Assembly (NCBI RefSeq): GCF_026210795.1
Contig: NC_089429.1
Span: 1,922,001 to 1,986,000 of the forward strand
DNA from: Rhizophagus irregularis
Lineage: Eukaryota
Length of the DNA stretch: 64,000 nucleotides
Direction: 5' to 3'
Positions 28,150-43,634 of the stretch are shown here, piece after piece. The position numbers and the translations under genes are program-made. Under the pieces are notes generated by a model that had not been told where the DNA came from, searched no databases, and was given only the letters and a program-made list of their open reading frames with translations. Within the stretch, counting starts at the first letter, position 1; the number at the start of each line of letters is the position of its first letter.

Positions 28150-31100
28150 CTATCTAATCTCCAAAATAACGTGTAGTCCCCAACTTTTATATTTCTGATT
28201 GGGGCTAGTTCATCATTAGGAATCAAAATCCCTCCTATTGTCTTATCGGAATAAAACCAGTTTTCTGTAGTAGATGGGGGTACAAAATACCTTCTTCATC
28301 TTTATAAGTGTTGTAATCTACATGTACAGTAGGATATCATACTAATTCATTTTATATAATATTTATGTACGATCCCATTTTCATTCGTTCCCGATGCTAC
28401 CATAATTACGTGGCACCGTCGGTTACTTAACATTAAATAACTTCCTATGTAAGGAAGGTTTTGATCAATCCCATTGTATTACCCATTGTATTATAGTAAA
28501 ACAAACAGTTACATAAATCATTATGCTATATAACAAAAAGTACATAACATAATACTGTCTCATTACACCAAAAAATGTCTGGTATTTATCGTTGGCTTCT
28601 ATTAACATTTATGTAGTATCTAGAAAAATTACGCATGAACTTAATATTCACATGTTTATCACGCATTTAAGATATTATTGATACCAGATTCATCCAAATG
28701 ATCGATAAAAATTTTCTTTGTTGACTTCATTAGTGGAAATGTTGGTATCGCTGTTTCATCACTTGGTTACTAATGATATACAAGTGGAATCTCTCTCATA
28801 CAGCTCTGAAAGAGTTCACTGTCCATTTTGTTATATCGCTTTCTTCTGCGTTTTAGTGTTCTAGAGAGTTCAGATGCTCTGTCACGAAACTACTCCACAT
28901 TACATAGATTGCAACAACCCATATTCCAGCAAATATTCTTATTCCCAAATTGAGACAAAAATCATGAATAACTAGTTGAAATAAATACCGTGGGCGACAA
29001 CTTGAGATGCATTATTGGAATTACGGTCGAATATGTCTTTAACTTTCTCATGGACATGAATTACTTCACCAGATAGTACTTAATTGATTACAACACAATT
29101 GGTAACAGTTAGGGCTAGTCTGGTAATTATTCCAATTGCTAAATAGGAGACATTGTTGTACGTAGGAACTTCCATTTTCAGTCTTTAAATGATTGAATAA
29201 TTTAATCAAGGATCAAGCTCAAAAATTTTTTTACCGTATTTCATGAGAAGTATTTCGTATAATGAGCTTGCTGGGTATATTATAGTCCGGTTAATTCAGA
29301 CCATACCTAGGAGGGATACAGAACGAAATGTTGTTGTGACGTCTGGAGTATTCGACTACTTTTAAGTTATCTTTGTCAACATTATGTGTTATTCAAACAG
29401 CTCAGACTGATGCAAAACTGCTTTAACAAGAAAAATGTAGCCTCTTTGTGTCTATAGGCTTTTATTTCTTCATATGCGATTTGTTTGTTAATCGTATACA
29501 TTAAGTCACCTCACAAATATAAACGGTAAGATGCATATTTTCGAGGAATGGGTTTTTAAAGATAAATTATCAACATAAAGTTGCTGGGGTAACGAGTTTC
29601 TTGATATATCAAAAAAATTATTGGCATCATTGAGAGTGTGCAATTACGTTGATATTACTTGCATCTCACATACCAAGTATCTATCTTCGACAGTATTTCA
29701 GTCTGTTAAGATGATACAGTTATTTCTCCAAATTCCCAGCGCTTGGAGGACTTTACTTGGTAGTATCTTATACACTGCTAAATTGTCTACGAGCAAAGTA
29801 AGATTAGCCTTCGCCTTTCCATGGGAAACTTGTGGTCACGCAAGAAGTGACTCCTTAGCTCTCTTGTTTCGAGTAATAGCTTGTAGTCTTCTACTGTCAT
29901 TCCTATGCTATGCAATAATTCCGTTAACCGTAAAATACTACTACTCTTGTCTTCCGATAAGGTCACACCCTTCTCGAGGTAATCTATCGCATACTTGGCT
30001 AACCTCCATTTTCTCTCCCTTTCTTTCTCACTATTTCGTTGTTAAAACGCATAACCTAGGGTCAGTATTTACGTAGGATATTCCTTTGAGTTCGTGCGGA
30101 CTTGATCTGTTTTAACTGTGCATTTATGTTTCTTAATTGACTAACTGTGCCTTTCATGACTGAAATGGCGTCTTCCATGATCTTCATATTTTTTTTGCAT
30201 CTTCAAGCATAATCACTACACTTTTTTGCATAATCTTTGTTTTCCCCAATACGCCTGCGAAGGTGACCAGAAAAGTGAATGGGATAATCGAGCGCACTTC
30301 TCTACCTCGTACCCTCTGGGTAGGGATGATTGTGTTATTTTTCATAGTTGATGCACCATAAAATAATCTTGTGTCTGTTCTTATCGCATCATTACCTGGT
30401 GATTCAGGCTGGTTTGAACACCTCGAATTATAACAAATGCAATCAACTACGTGGTGTAACTGACAACATTTTCCATCCCGTTTCCAGAATACTTGAGATG
30501 AAGTCATGATTGTATGATGACAAACGATTTCAATTTTACTGCGAGTAATAAAATAGTGCACAACATCGTGTAACAATATGTCTAATTATTATCGTAAGGT
30601 TTGACAACGTGAATAGCTAGAAACCATAAGTTGACACATTCCCAGAAATTCCGCATTTTGCCCATCATTTCTGTTCTTATATGTTAGCTTATCATCTTCT
30701 GCGATATATATCGTCTTACCAATTATGACATACTCCAACTAACACTATCTAGCTCATACCATGGAGCTATTCTATAGATAGTGTAACACAAACGCAGTAA
30801 CATTTTGAATAAACATAATTCGCTGGCAGGAGATGAACTAAAGGGATGACGCAATTTACCTGGCAACTCTAAGGAAGCATTGGAACAGTAAGATATCTAT
30901 TTGTTTTTTACGAGATTATTGCTCCTATGGTTTTCGTTATATGGGCTCTCTTCATGCGATCACGTAATTTACTAATCCTTCACTTGATATGAAGAATTCA
31001 TGAAAATTTCGTGCATGGTAAAAGAATCATATCTCAAGCGCAGTCGTGGTATTACTTTGATAGATGTTTTTATGTAATACATTGTACTAAAAAATACCTA

Positions 31101-32811
31101 ACTTCGAAACAGTGACCCAACTTGTTCATCAATCATCTACAGATGTACACATGAGCATTGAAATTAATTTAACTACGGGTTAAAGTTGTTCATTTCATAG
31201 ACTGGGCAAGGCTCACACCCATACTACCTATTATTACAAAATAGATTTTCCTACACTAAGTTCGCTGAGATCCCCCTATTCCCTCTGTCATCAATTTACA
31301 GAGTTGCCACATCGAACGGGCATTCTCATGGTCGAACGAACGAATGAACGAACAAACGAACAACTAAACGAACAAACAAATAATCAACAACATAATTAAC
31401 AAACAACATAATCAACGAACAACATACAACAACATTCTTGGTTCACAACATAAATAGCGTTAGTAATATAAAACATTAAACGATATAAAATAAAATTTAC
31501 TTCTCTAAATTTTCCCTAAATTATATCTACTTTTACCTTTAATTTCAAACTTCGATAGCTCTCGCTACGAATTATTACTTTTCAAAAGCATATATTTAAT
31601 TCATCTTAAATTTCCATTTTATTCAATTAAAATTAATTAAGCGAACATTAATTAAAGTTTAGGGCGAACCTATTACCTTTAATTAACATTATACTTCATT
31701 AACAAATAATTAAATTTAACTTATATTTTTATTGAGTTCTGTGGATGAGAACTGTGGAATTATTTTGAATTCCGTTCTCTCTTTATACAAATTTTATGCT
31801 ACTTTCTATTCTATCTATATACTATCTTTTATGTTCTTTTACATATTATCTTTGAACTATCTTTCTAATATACTATCTATATTTTAAATACACTATCTTT
31901 TAATATGCTATCTTTTATATATATATTATCTTTTATAATATCTTTGTATAATCTTTTTATATTATCTTTTATAATATCTTTGTATAATCTTTTTATATTA
32001 TCTTTTATAATCTTTTTATATTATTTTATGTTCTTTAATTTTTCTGACATTATTTTATATATTCTTTCAATCCGCTTTATGTGTTTTGCTTATAATCTAT
32101 CTTTTGTGGCTTATAATTATTCTTTCCAATCGTTCTTATTGTTAAAGATTGCTAAGCCGCAATTGATCGACTCTATTTATCCTATTGGTTCTTTGTCAAT
32201 CATTTAATAAATATTACATCATGTAGATCATTACTCTTCCTAAATGTTTATCCTTTTCGGCTAATTATTTATCCATCTACGCCAATTCATGATCAATTTG
32301 TTCGTTCTTAATATTTGGCAATTACATTTGGTGGTTAAATTTTATCATCTTTTCATGCTTGATATTCGACCGTTTACATTGCCAATATTATACATTCCAG
32401 TGAAAGAGGATAACGTACGTACGCTTAGCACTCTTCAGATTAACTTTTCCACTTCGTTCGTGGCTTTAGCCAGTTTCACTAAACCAATACAGGATTTTCT
32501 CGTATACTTTTTCCTACACAAATCCATTACTCTAGATTAACAATATAAGAGTATACAAAAATTTCCATTTCCTTTGGATATATTTTACGGGTGATTTCTG
32601 GTGTCGAAGGGAGAGGAACAACATAAAATTTGGAAGGGATAAAGATCATGTATCTGTTGTTCACTACCACTCCGTGCATCATAACATAATCACGTGGGTA
32701 TACTGCATTAATAAAGATATATGGAAACGATGCAGACAATATTTCGTGAAGCACTAATATGTGGAACAGCAATAGGTTTATGTTTCGACCAAAATTTTTG
32801 TACAGCAGTAT

Positions 32812-33106
32812 CACTGGTCAAAAACCAATATATCGGGTAGCAGATATGTATCAGATATGTACCCGATATGTGTAGTATTAATGCAGAAAATCGGGTACCC
32901 GATATGTGTAAGATATATGTAAATATATATATCATATACATATCGGGTACCGATATGTATATGATATGTAAATGATATGTAGACGATATATATATTTACA
33001 CATATCTTACACATATCGGGTACCCGATTTTCTGCATTAATACTACACATATCGGGTACATATCTGATACATATCTGCTACCCGATATATTAGTTTTTGA
33101 CCAGTG
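32812..33106. mobile_element. CACTG-ended (CMC/CACTA-type) palindromic MITE
   Basis: CACTGGTCAAAAA...TTTTTGACCAGTG, almost fully palindromic; 3-bp TSD TAT. Confidence 0.92.
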
Positions 33107-35399
33107 TATGATTCTTAGTAACTAATTCTGTAGTCAATGTTCGCTGTTTCTACTCCGTATGCCTATAATATTCTCACCATGTTCCCTATGTCATCATTCT
33201 CTTATTCACATTAATCTCCGGTAACCTCTTGATAAATGACAACACATACCGAGATTATTTATGAACAATGATATAAGCGAAATCATAATGTTGATTGACT
33301 TCTGATAATTCTTCCTTTGTACCCACTAACTCATAACAAGAGATAAGACCTCGGTTATATTTTTTTCTCTATAGTTGGAGACACAAATAGAGTATAAATA
33401 TAGAGTAAAAATATAGAGTCTTATCCTTCATAACACAGTTTAGCAATTAATGTTTTTCTTACACAATCGAATGAAAGATTTCACCATGTCATTTACTGCA
33501 TGAAGTAGGTGTTTATCTTTCATGTAATGCTAAAGCAAGTGCTATTTCCAAAGAATACACTATTGACGTTTGCAATCAGTTGTTATGCAGTATTAGAACT
33601 TGCTTAATAAAACGTGTCTTTATTGCATGGGGAATAACGTAAAAAAAGTAAAGCTTACGTACTACTTACGATGTGCTGTACTAATTGACGAGCCATACCC
33701 CAAAAATTAGTATAATATTTCAATGTCCACATAGAAAGCGCACAATATAAAAAACTGATGATGTTATACGTGTTCGATTAACGCCGAACAACGGTTGACC
33801 AGATAGCACGTGATGCTGATCTAGTAATTATTACTGCGCCAAGTATTACTATTCCACGTGATACTCTAAACTGACCGTCTTGCCCGCTTTTAACAGAGAA
33901 GGCCTAGGTTCCTGGGGTGTAGAGTGTCATGTGATAATTACTGCGTCCAATTACCAGTTCTTGTCTCGAAAGAGTAATTCCTTTAGAGTGGATTGTTTGT
34001 TCTACCTGAGAAGAAATTTAGTGTAGTTGTAGAAAAAAGAACAAAATGAAATATTATTTGTTATTCACTTACTTTTCCACTAGAGATGATCTGTGAAATG
34101 TGTATTATTGAAATTCTCATTGCTTTCGGTATAAGATTGTTCCAGTCCACAAGAAGTACTCGAATTTCGGGACTATGTCAATCCCGTAAACAATATCCCA
34201 GTTGCTCATAGGAATTTTTTTGTATATAGATTTTCTTTCCAAGGAAGGCTAAAGCCAAATATGGAACCTAATAATCGTGGATGAAAGGAATAGTCTCCTG
34301 CACATGTTAAAAAAATCTTGAGTGTTATAGCTAATTTAATTTACAACAAGATGGCACTACCTGAAAGGTACGAAGTAGAAACTCATGAACTAAATACTAA
34401 TGGAATAGTTTACTCTGTTTAAGGATGAGGATCTTAGCAATGTAAATAGTCCGTTTACATTATGAAGGAATGCCCTTCAGGTATTTAATCATGAAAGCGA
34501 GGTGGATAAATGAGATTAGTAAAACTGTCCTAATTCGTGATGATAAATTGATGGAAACTATCCAAAGAGTACGAAGTAGATAATTTATATCTCTTTTTTA
34601 AGTAATCTTCTTTTATTCGATTAATCCACGAATCCTCTAAATAGAATCCTTCATCTGATAAAGCCGTAACTGCTTCTGAACTCAGTAAAACTAGGCTTTC
34701 TCAAGAGTCAGTCTATGAAAAAAAACGAAAACAAAGAAACGATGAGTGCGGTACAACTTAACACCAGGACTCTATAAATTTTGTTCTAATATCAAAACAT
34801 AGGCAGAGTCTACGAAGTAAAATTTCCATTCTGATATTGACTTAGTACTATTAAATATTCTCTCTCCTCACTTTAGTTGAAAAGGATTCATTTAAATAAA
34901 AACCAGAACAACCACTCATACGGTTTATTATTTTTTCATTATCGTTGTGTAACAATCATGTCAAATAAGCACCTATATACATTGCGCTCATATGAGGAAT
35001 AATTGTTGTTCATAATACGTTACCAGAAATGAAATCACTATAACTAAAATAAAAATGATTGATACGTGATCAGTATTATCACATCAGTCCTTCATAATTT
35101 TCCTCGTTCCTCGAAAAATCACTTCTTTGAAGGTCCTAATGGACTAAAGATTTTTTTGTATACATTTCCTAATAATCTTCTACAGTAAAGACCACGCAGG
35201 TCTTAGGAATTACCTAGAGGATAGTATGAAGTAATGTGTTCCAGAGGAGGCTCTAGGATTAGGAACACATTTCCTAAGACCTTTGCGGGGTAGAGCGACA
35301 AGATGCTCTATTCATAGGCTCGAAGAGCAAAATCTATTTCGTAAATATTATGCTTAAAAGATATTTATAAAATATATTATACAACAAACGTAGGCAGAT

Positions 35400-36110
35400 A
35401 AATATTACGTCATTTATTATGCAGAAAACATTCCGTAACAAACTACTGATTAGGCTATTCAAGCTATCTTTTTATCCTTGTTCTCAACTATCATTGTTCC
35501 AATAGATCATTTCGTTATACTAACCCTCGTTGTCAAAGTGATTGTAATTATACAATGTAACGCCAGAAATTCTCTAATAGGTTCTCGTCGTAATTATATA
35601 GTATAATTGTCCATAGAAAGCTCTTAAACAGTAAGCCTCGAATAAAAATAGTAATCCCCCCTTGCATATAAAATCGGGATGGCTAAATTCTGCAGAGAGA
35701 ATATTGGGTAATCTTAGAGTCACAAAATGGTAACCTATTGAGACACAGTATCTTGGGAAACAAAACACTTACCACAATGGGATTTATTATGAGAAAGATT
35801 TTCATTGTATAGAATGAATATCTATCTTTTCCAATATATTCGTATTCTGTTACAAATAGTCCATCATCTTCAGGTAAGATTCATATCTGTGTGGTAGTAA
35901 CATATTCTCTTGATATCCAACGGCTTCATACAACAGAGGACATGTCTGGGCCGTGCCCACGAAGTGAAACTAAGTTCGTCAAATTCAACTTCTAAACCAA
36001 ATGCCTATGTTATTTGTTTGAACATCAACTGCCGATAAAGAAATATAGAGACCTCTGCAAGATTTAGATGTTTCCGCTCCTATTATATTTCGTTGTCATT
36101 TATTCCAAAT
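35400..36110 (-). pseudogene. Heavily decayed paralogue of the 39717-40913 gene
   Basis: Colinear similarity (EFSHPDFICKG vs EFDHPEFICKG; CCATCTTCAGGTAA segment) and the same ~260-bp downstream repeat. Confidence 0.7.
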
Positions 36111-37325
36111 AAAAAAAATTTAAAGACGCAATTCCATGCTTATAATTGATCATTTCTGTTATGTAACATACTCGCCCAATGAAATTCAAATGGTCACATG
36201 ACATGCTGAACAAATATTTAGAGTGTCATGTGGGCTTTTCTCAAAGTGTGTCACGATTGTTGCAACGAGGTCATAATTTTTTTTCTAGAAAGAATATTCA
36301 CATGACCAACGAAATAGAGTATGGAAAAATTACGTGTACAAATATCTTTATGATTAATGCATCGTAGGATGTAAATCTAAAATCTTTTGATCCTATAATC
36401 ATATTTTCTTTATTAGTTTGTTGTACTAATGCGTAGCCTACATCGGAAGAAGGGTAGACGAAAATTATCTCATCACGAAGGAACTCTGTTTTAGTAGGGA
36501 TTCTATCAGAAATGTATGTCTTGGCTAGTTTAACTTAAATATAACATATCCACGATTACCACGTATCTGTTAAATTAGTGTAAGACGAAATAGCTTTGGG
36601 ACTATAAAAATTATTGCTAAACATTGCCCTGTGAAATTATCTCGTTGTCGAAATAAGATATTTTATTTATCATTAGAGCGTACGTGTGTACATTAATTAG
36701 AACGACCAGTTAGAGCTTGCTGTTGTCGACAAATAGTGCACTATTCTTATTTCTGTGTTTGTACTCTATACTAGAAATAGTCTTTGATATTGTTCTCGTA
36801 TTTGTTATTTGTCCTGATTCTGAGAGAAGTTTCAAAAAAATAAAATGCACGCAAAATATTTGTTCCTGACGAACAAGTTATACTGCTAATGTCTTTCCCT
36901 TAAATTCAGAGATTAAGTTACATGGCCATATACATGACTACGTTTCTCTACACAAAGTAATGAAATAATAACCCATATTTAGTTTCGACAGTTGTACTGA
37001 CTATTCAACATCCATTATTTGTTTTATATTATTCATGACTGATTTTGTTTCTTTTTTGGTAATCTTTAAATAAGGTAACACTATGACCAATTAACTTAGT
37101 ATACGAAACACCTTCTAAGAACAGAAAGGACGATATTATTAGATTGATTTGTTATCGAAGGTTGCCAAATTTTTCATTGCCTAATATGTACACTGTCACA
37201 ACACTGGAATAAAATATAGATATTGACCTTAATGGAACCAATTTGTCATCAAAAACTTTGGTTCCGAAAGAACCACCCAGATGATATCCTAAACAATGAA
37301 AACATGAATTTGTTAGTTAAATATA

Positions 37326-37467
37326 CAGTGGTGAGCATAATTTTTTGGAAAAAGAAAGAGGCAAAATAGTAAAAAACGTATAAAAAACTGTCTAATATGA
37401 CCATTTTCTTACATTCGTTATTCCAAATAATTTTGCTCTTCGAGCAGTCTCTGACTGATCACCACTG
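37326..37467. mobile_element. Tc1/mariner-type MITE (142 bp)
   Basis: TIR CAGTGGTGAGCA / TGATCACCACTG flanked by TA on both sides. Confidence 0.75.
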
Positions 37468-38239
37468 TAGATAGGGTAATGAAGTAGTAATGATAATCGA
37501 AAATCTTGGTATAAAATTTTTTTTAACTATTTTCGATTCCATATTCGCAGTGGACTATTAATTCTTTTTAGTTCATGTTCGAGGAGTCATTTTTCTTTCG
37601 CTATACAGAGTCTATGTCACTGGACTAAAACCAACTAAAGCCGAAATAAGAAACCCACGCTTGGAATTTTTTGTTACGTAGAATAGTTGGGTGAGATTCA
37701 TTGTTAGTAATATGTCGAACACTAACGAAAAAATGATCCCATATTGTACGACCAAAGATGGACCTATCGTATAAACATATTTGGGTGCCCTGATGGTGGT
37801 GATTGGAACCTTATAGTGATAATTGATAGACAGTTACACACGCTACTTATATTTGTATTATGAATTTATTTCACATAGGTCGTTCTACCATAATAAAAAG
37901 TGTAATAATATTGATATCCGACTATTTTTCGTGAATTGCTAAACATGTCGTCAGTCCTATGTATAAAAGGGATAAAAATGAAATCTTATCATAGAAATTC
38001 ATCAGTATCATTTTTTGTTTAATGCAAAAACGAATTTTACAGTTATAAACAGTTTTATTATTAAAAATATATATAGATACTCGTTCAGTCGTAGACTATC
38101 CAACGGCACAGTTACATGTTAAACATCCAACAATATTCTTTATTACATAGCCACTCTATTAATTATAGTCAAAATGATAATCCCGATGGGTTATTTTATT
38201 AAAAATTTTATAACAGATTACATAAAGGTTAAAAAAACA

Positions 38240-38888
38240 TTACAACTCTTCCATATTATATTTCTCTTGATCACTACCATCCTTATCACCGGATGAATAA
38301 ATCAAATAATCATCAACAATTTCGGTGAGTTCGTTTTCATCATACTGGACTGGTTTAATCCTCTGGCCATCTACAATTTTGTGAAAATCAGAAGCTTCAT
38401 GCTCATATGATTCGACTTTGTTCTTAAATTCTTTGTCACACGCAGCACACCAATTTTCTTTTCCTGAAGTAGAATTTGTCATGTTAATGAAAACATTATG
38501 TTCGATGCACTCGAGGTGTTATCACATATTGTATACCTAGAACAACCATATGGATATCATCTTCGTTTAGATTGCTAAAATGCTCCTTAATTTTTGATAT
38601 AGCATATCGTATATGTTCTCCGCCAAGTAAGTTCTCAACAGTTTCATCATCATTCTTGAGTCTCTCGAATCTCGTATCATTTTTGGGGATTCGCACAGTC
38701 CATATTTGAATGCCAATAGCTGCAATATCTTGATACATCGGTCTTAACTCCCACAGGATTGCTTTTTTAAGATCGTAAATGCTTTCATTCTTATTTATGA
38801 CAGTCTTGAAAAGACTACCAATACCTAGGTCCTTAACAATACCGTTGAGAGTAATCGTGTCCATTTCTTCGTACATAGGAAGACCCAT
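38240..38888 (-). CDS. Crinkler N-terminal (ubiquitin-like) domain + C2H2 (JAZ/matrin-type) zinc finger, 2 exons, ~191 aa
   Basis: Exon 1 38888-38537 (SIYDLKKAI, IQIWTV, DDIHMVV); GT..CAG intron 38536-38464 joins in frame to exon 2 (WCAACDKEF...HEASDFHK). Confidence 0.75.
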
Positions 38889-39716
38889 GTTTAATAAACT
38901 TTTTATTTATATCCATTTTATTCAATTTAACTTTTCTCACGAAAAACTGGTTATACGCCAAATTATTTGTTGATTACTGTGTCTAATAAGATAACGATCC
39001 TAATTATAGACTAGCATTTAGGCAAGGGTAGTGATCTTCATGATATGATGCGTAGTAGGATCAACTGCGGAGGAGAATATAAGTCAAACTATAAGACTGT
39101 GACCCATGGGTCACGATTGCCTTACTTCATTGAAACAGAAAAGAAAGTATGCGGATATCAACTGTGGAAAAGAATACCTGAAGGCGTAAATGAACAAACA
39201 GAATTACATTGTAATTGAGTATTTTTGTAAACAAGATGTATCGTGTAGAAACTTTAAATCGAGTTAAAATATATTCTTATTAATAGTGGTTTACTCGTGG
39301 CTGAAGGAGACAATAAGTGTAATATAAATGCATTTTTAATGATTAATCCGCTATCAGCACATCAGTCCTTCATAATTTTCCTCGTTCCTCGAAAAATCAT
39401 AAAGATTTTTTTTTATACATTTCCTAATAATCTTCTACAGTAAAGACCACGCAGGTCTTAGGAATTACCTAGAGGATAGTACGAAGTAATGTGTTCCAGA
39501 GGAGGCTTTAGGATTAGGAACACATTTCCTAAGACCTTTGCAGGGTAGAGCGATAAGACGCTCTGTTCATAGGCTTGAAGAGCAAAATCTATTATGTAAA
39601 AAAGTCTCAAATGAGAATGGGATTATTTGTACTTAAATGATTCTCCTAAAAAATATATTATACAACAAATGTCAAAATATGTCGTTTATTATACATGAAA
39701 ACCGTTTCGTAAATAA

Positions 39717-40913
39717 CTACTGATTATAATACTCTTTTTTATCCTTGTCCTCAACTAGTCTATTAAGTGAATTGATTGCAACAGTAAGTGAAGAAATGGC
39801 ATCAATGAGAGATTTATTACTATTTTCGACAGATACGGAAAGTTTGGTTATACTAGCTAGCATATATTGGTGTTCCGCTAACTGTAAACGTTGTTGTTCT
39901 AGTTCTGTGCAATCCTTAAGCAGGTAGTTTGGTCCAGGATAGTTTCTGGTGTTTAGCTTTGATAACGTGATTTTATTCGTAACTATTCCCTTCACACCTT
40001 CCCAAGCTTCTCTGTCAAACAGTAAATGAACATGTGCATGGCATGCTTGTGCATACTTATCCCGAGATTGACCTGTCTCCCATCGGCCATAATTGACTGC
40101 TATAGAATGAAAATTCAAGCGTTGCCGTTGTTCTATCAGGTCCCTCCAGAACTCGCTTCGTTGTACTAACCCCTCGTTGTCAGTGATTATAGTTAGCTTT
40201 ATTTCTATTAGGACGGGGCAGTAACAGCAATTCTCTGATGGGTTCTCGTCACAACAATATGATATAATTGTCTATCAAAAGTTCTCGAACGATAAGCTTT
40301 GAAGCAAAATAGTAATCGCAAGTTGTTTTCCGGCCGTCATGAGTCGTTACGTTCCCCTTGCATATAAACTCTGGATGGTCAAATTCTGTAGGGAGACCAT
40401 TGGATGGATGAATATTATGGGATAAAGAGTAAGAGGGATAAACCCTAGAACCACAAAACCGTAGCCTATGGACATCTTGCCCTTCGGACGAAACAGAAAC
40501 AAAACACTCACCACATTGGGATTTATTATGAGATATATTTTGTTGCATGGGATGAATGCCTTATCTTTCTCAATTTCGTCGTATTCTACTACAAACGGCC
40601 CATCTTCTTCAGGTAAAATTTGGGTCCGAATGGAAGTAACGTACTCTCTTGCTATCCTAACTGCTTCATCAAGTCTTGGATTGACCCGAAGATAGACATC
40701 ATACCACAGCACAGGATCGAGACATATCTGAAACTGAGCATTCTCTTGCAAAAATTTAACTTCCAAGCGGAACGCTTGTGTTAATTTTGGTCGGGCCTCA
40801 ACTGCTGATAAGAGAAGTGTAGAAGCCTTTGCAAGGTCATCAGGGTCAAGAGTGGTAATTAGTGTAAAATAAGGTGTGTTAGATGTCTCTGGTCCTACTA
40901 TAGTCGCCATCAA
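39717..40913 (-). pseudogene. Frameshifted gene with C-terminal HIT-like HxHxH motif and coiled coil
   Basis: Three colinear ORF pieces linked by frameshifts (~40545, ~40185) and TGA 40249-40251; motif CHAHVHLL. Confidence 0.55.
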
Positions 40914-43634
40914 AGTCGGTTAATACAAAAAATAAGAATTCAATAATGATAAATGAAGTTTGCGAAACGAGTCCAACAATACCATACTTATAATTTATTA
41001 ATCATGAAAGTCTTTTCCAAAAATAAAGAGGAACATCTAGTATGTGAAAAAAACTGTGTTGCACATGTTTGTCATGTGAATAACACATTGTAGATAGTAA
41101 TTAAACTTTGATCACATCTCTTAAGTTAGTTTTGCGTACACATATGTGCATCAATTTTTTACCTGGAAGGATTCTTCAGAGATTCTCTCCATACAAGTTT
41201 GTCTTCTCCGGAATCCAGAATTTTTACGCATGGTCAGCAGACTTCCTCATAAAGAGGATTAATATCTTATACTTTCCAAATAGTAGATCCCAGAAAACAA
41301 AAAAAATAATAATTGTATTCATCAAGACCAAATGTATATCTTCATAATTGCCTAGAGGGTATTCCTTCGGAATGTGGTATAGTAAGTGTATTATTTTAGT
41401 TTTTCAGTAGACTCTAAAATGAAGAAAAGGTTACTTGATGATTTTTGAATAACTGCATTCTTTAATATAATAAAAATAAAATCTGGACTTCTTTTACCAT
41501 CACGAAATAAAGACAAATATTTATATATCGTAAAAATTCAATAAATGTCGTGATTAACAGGAGTGTCAGCTATCTTATTCGTTCACAAAAATTAGTGTAA
41601 CAACAAAAATAGTAGGGTATACTGTATAACACATGTAGTACAAATTATTTTTTCAGTATTGTGAAACTTCCCGTGAAATCTACATAGATAAAACAATAAA
41701 ACATGTAATGATAATCCGAATATTTATAGTCAAAAAAAAATTGATATTTATTTCGATCAGTCGGAGACTACCCAAAGGGCACAAAAATACCTAGGTATAA
41801 ACTATCACAAAATTCGTTTATTTTAACATAAATATAAGCTTTTTAACAAGGCGCCTTTGCCAAGAAGCTGACCGTAACTTTGCCAATACTAAACTGTAAG
41901 TGACCGGTATAACAGTTATAGAATTGACTAAACTATGGACAACGAATTGTATGACGAAAATATTATAATGAAATGTATAACGAAAACGATATATGCGAAA
42001 TGTAAAACGAAAACGATATATGCGAAATGTATAACTAAAATAACTACTAAAATTTTACCAACTAGTCCCGATATCCAATGATCTTGAAATTGTCCGATCT
42101 TTACAGTAATAACTAGGCGAAATATACCCATCTACCTCGACCAGTTAAACTGCCTTGAGTTCCTCAAGTCCAATGTGGTAAACCCCATCTTTGAGACTAT
42201 GAACCTAGGTTCCTAGAACCTCCTCTAGAAACACATTACGAAGTATACCCTCTAGGCATTTCCTAAGACTATTGCGTGGTTGAGCAGTAAGGCTCTCATG
42301 TTATTACTGTGGTCTTTACTGTAGAAGATTATTAGGAAATGTATACAAAAAAAATCTTTATGATTTTTCGAGGAACGAGGAAAATTATGAAGGACAAACT
42401 TCTATGACAAGAAACATCAAACATACGAGAAGAAATCAGTCCAAAGGACACGCTGCGCAGCTTGATTTCATACTAAGGATTTTTTTTTGTTTAATTTTAT
42501 TTTTTTTCGTCATTAAAAAAACTACTAACTGATGGTTACATAAATTATGCATACTGGCAATCATAACACCAGATGAAAAAATATGCTTGGAATGTTACAT
42601 AGCTGCAATCCGAGCGAAATCATCATTTGAGATGGGAAATTGTTTTAATGTTAGTCTATTTTTCATTTTCACCTATAGTCATTATCAGAGATAAGATAAT
42701 ATGATTCAGGTAACTGGGCCACAACCTATTGTATCTCGTGACTTACTAATATAATAACAATAATTTCGCTCATATGTGAAACAAGTTTAATCGTTATACT
42801 AAATATCACTAGTTATAATAATAAGAATACGATACCGTCATATTTTAATTCTTACTTCAACGTACATACAATATAAAATAAGCAAGAAAACAGTTCAAGA
42901 AAGGAATGACATGCAATAACTTTGTATATAATGTTAGCATCAGCCTTTCTCTGGATTACAACACAGGATAAGAACAATAAATACTGCTACTAGTAATAAA
43001 AAATACTTGTGTGGCATTTGCGGACAGATATCTTCATACATAACATCATTAATATTGGACCTATTAACAGAAACAATTACAAGTTGAAATGCTATTACGT
43101 GATTGTAAATATAGATGCAAAGTTAATGACATACCTTCGAAGAGAATGTACGATATTATTTAGCAATTAAGCACAGTATACACTGCATTCATTAGCTGAT
43201 AAAAATAGTCCCTCTGTAATTATTATTGTCTGCTATTGCTGATGTCCCTTCAGAATATAATAAATAATAGCTACATCGTATACCACATAATTGCTTCGTT
43301 ACAATCAATTTCTTTAGGGAACTCCGTTCTAATGTCGACTTAAACCTAATATTCGAAAGGTGTACGAGTTTTGTCACAATATAATTAAATAAATGTTAGA
43401 GTAAAATACTTACATGTGTATTTTTTCGCAATAACATGATCTTCATTGTTAATTCAACTTACTACTTATTGATCCTGAGTTTAAACTATAATTATGTTCT
43501 CCAAACAATTAAAACATTACATGGATAAAAAATGTGCTCCTTTCTCTGGAAGTATTTATTGCACAGATCAAAGATATAAATCCCAAAAGGGATTCGCTTC
43601 ATGAACATCATTCAACGTAAAAAACACTTCATGG

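Noticed and set aside
29621..30576. ORFs of 151 and 130 aa
   Set aside because: Non-ATG starts, no recognisable motifs, located in decayed sequence
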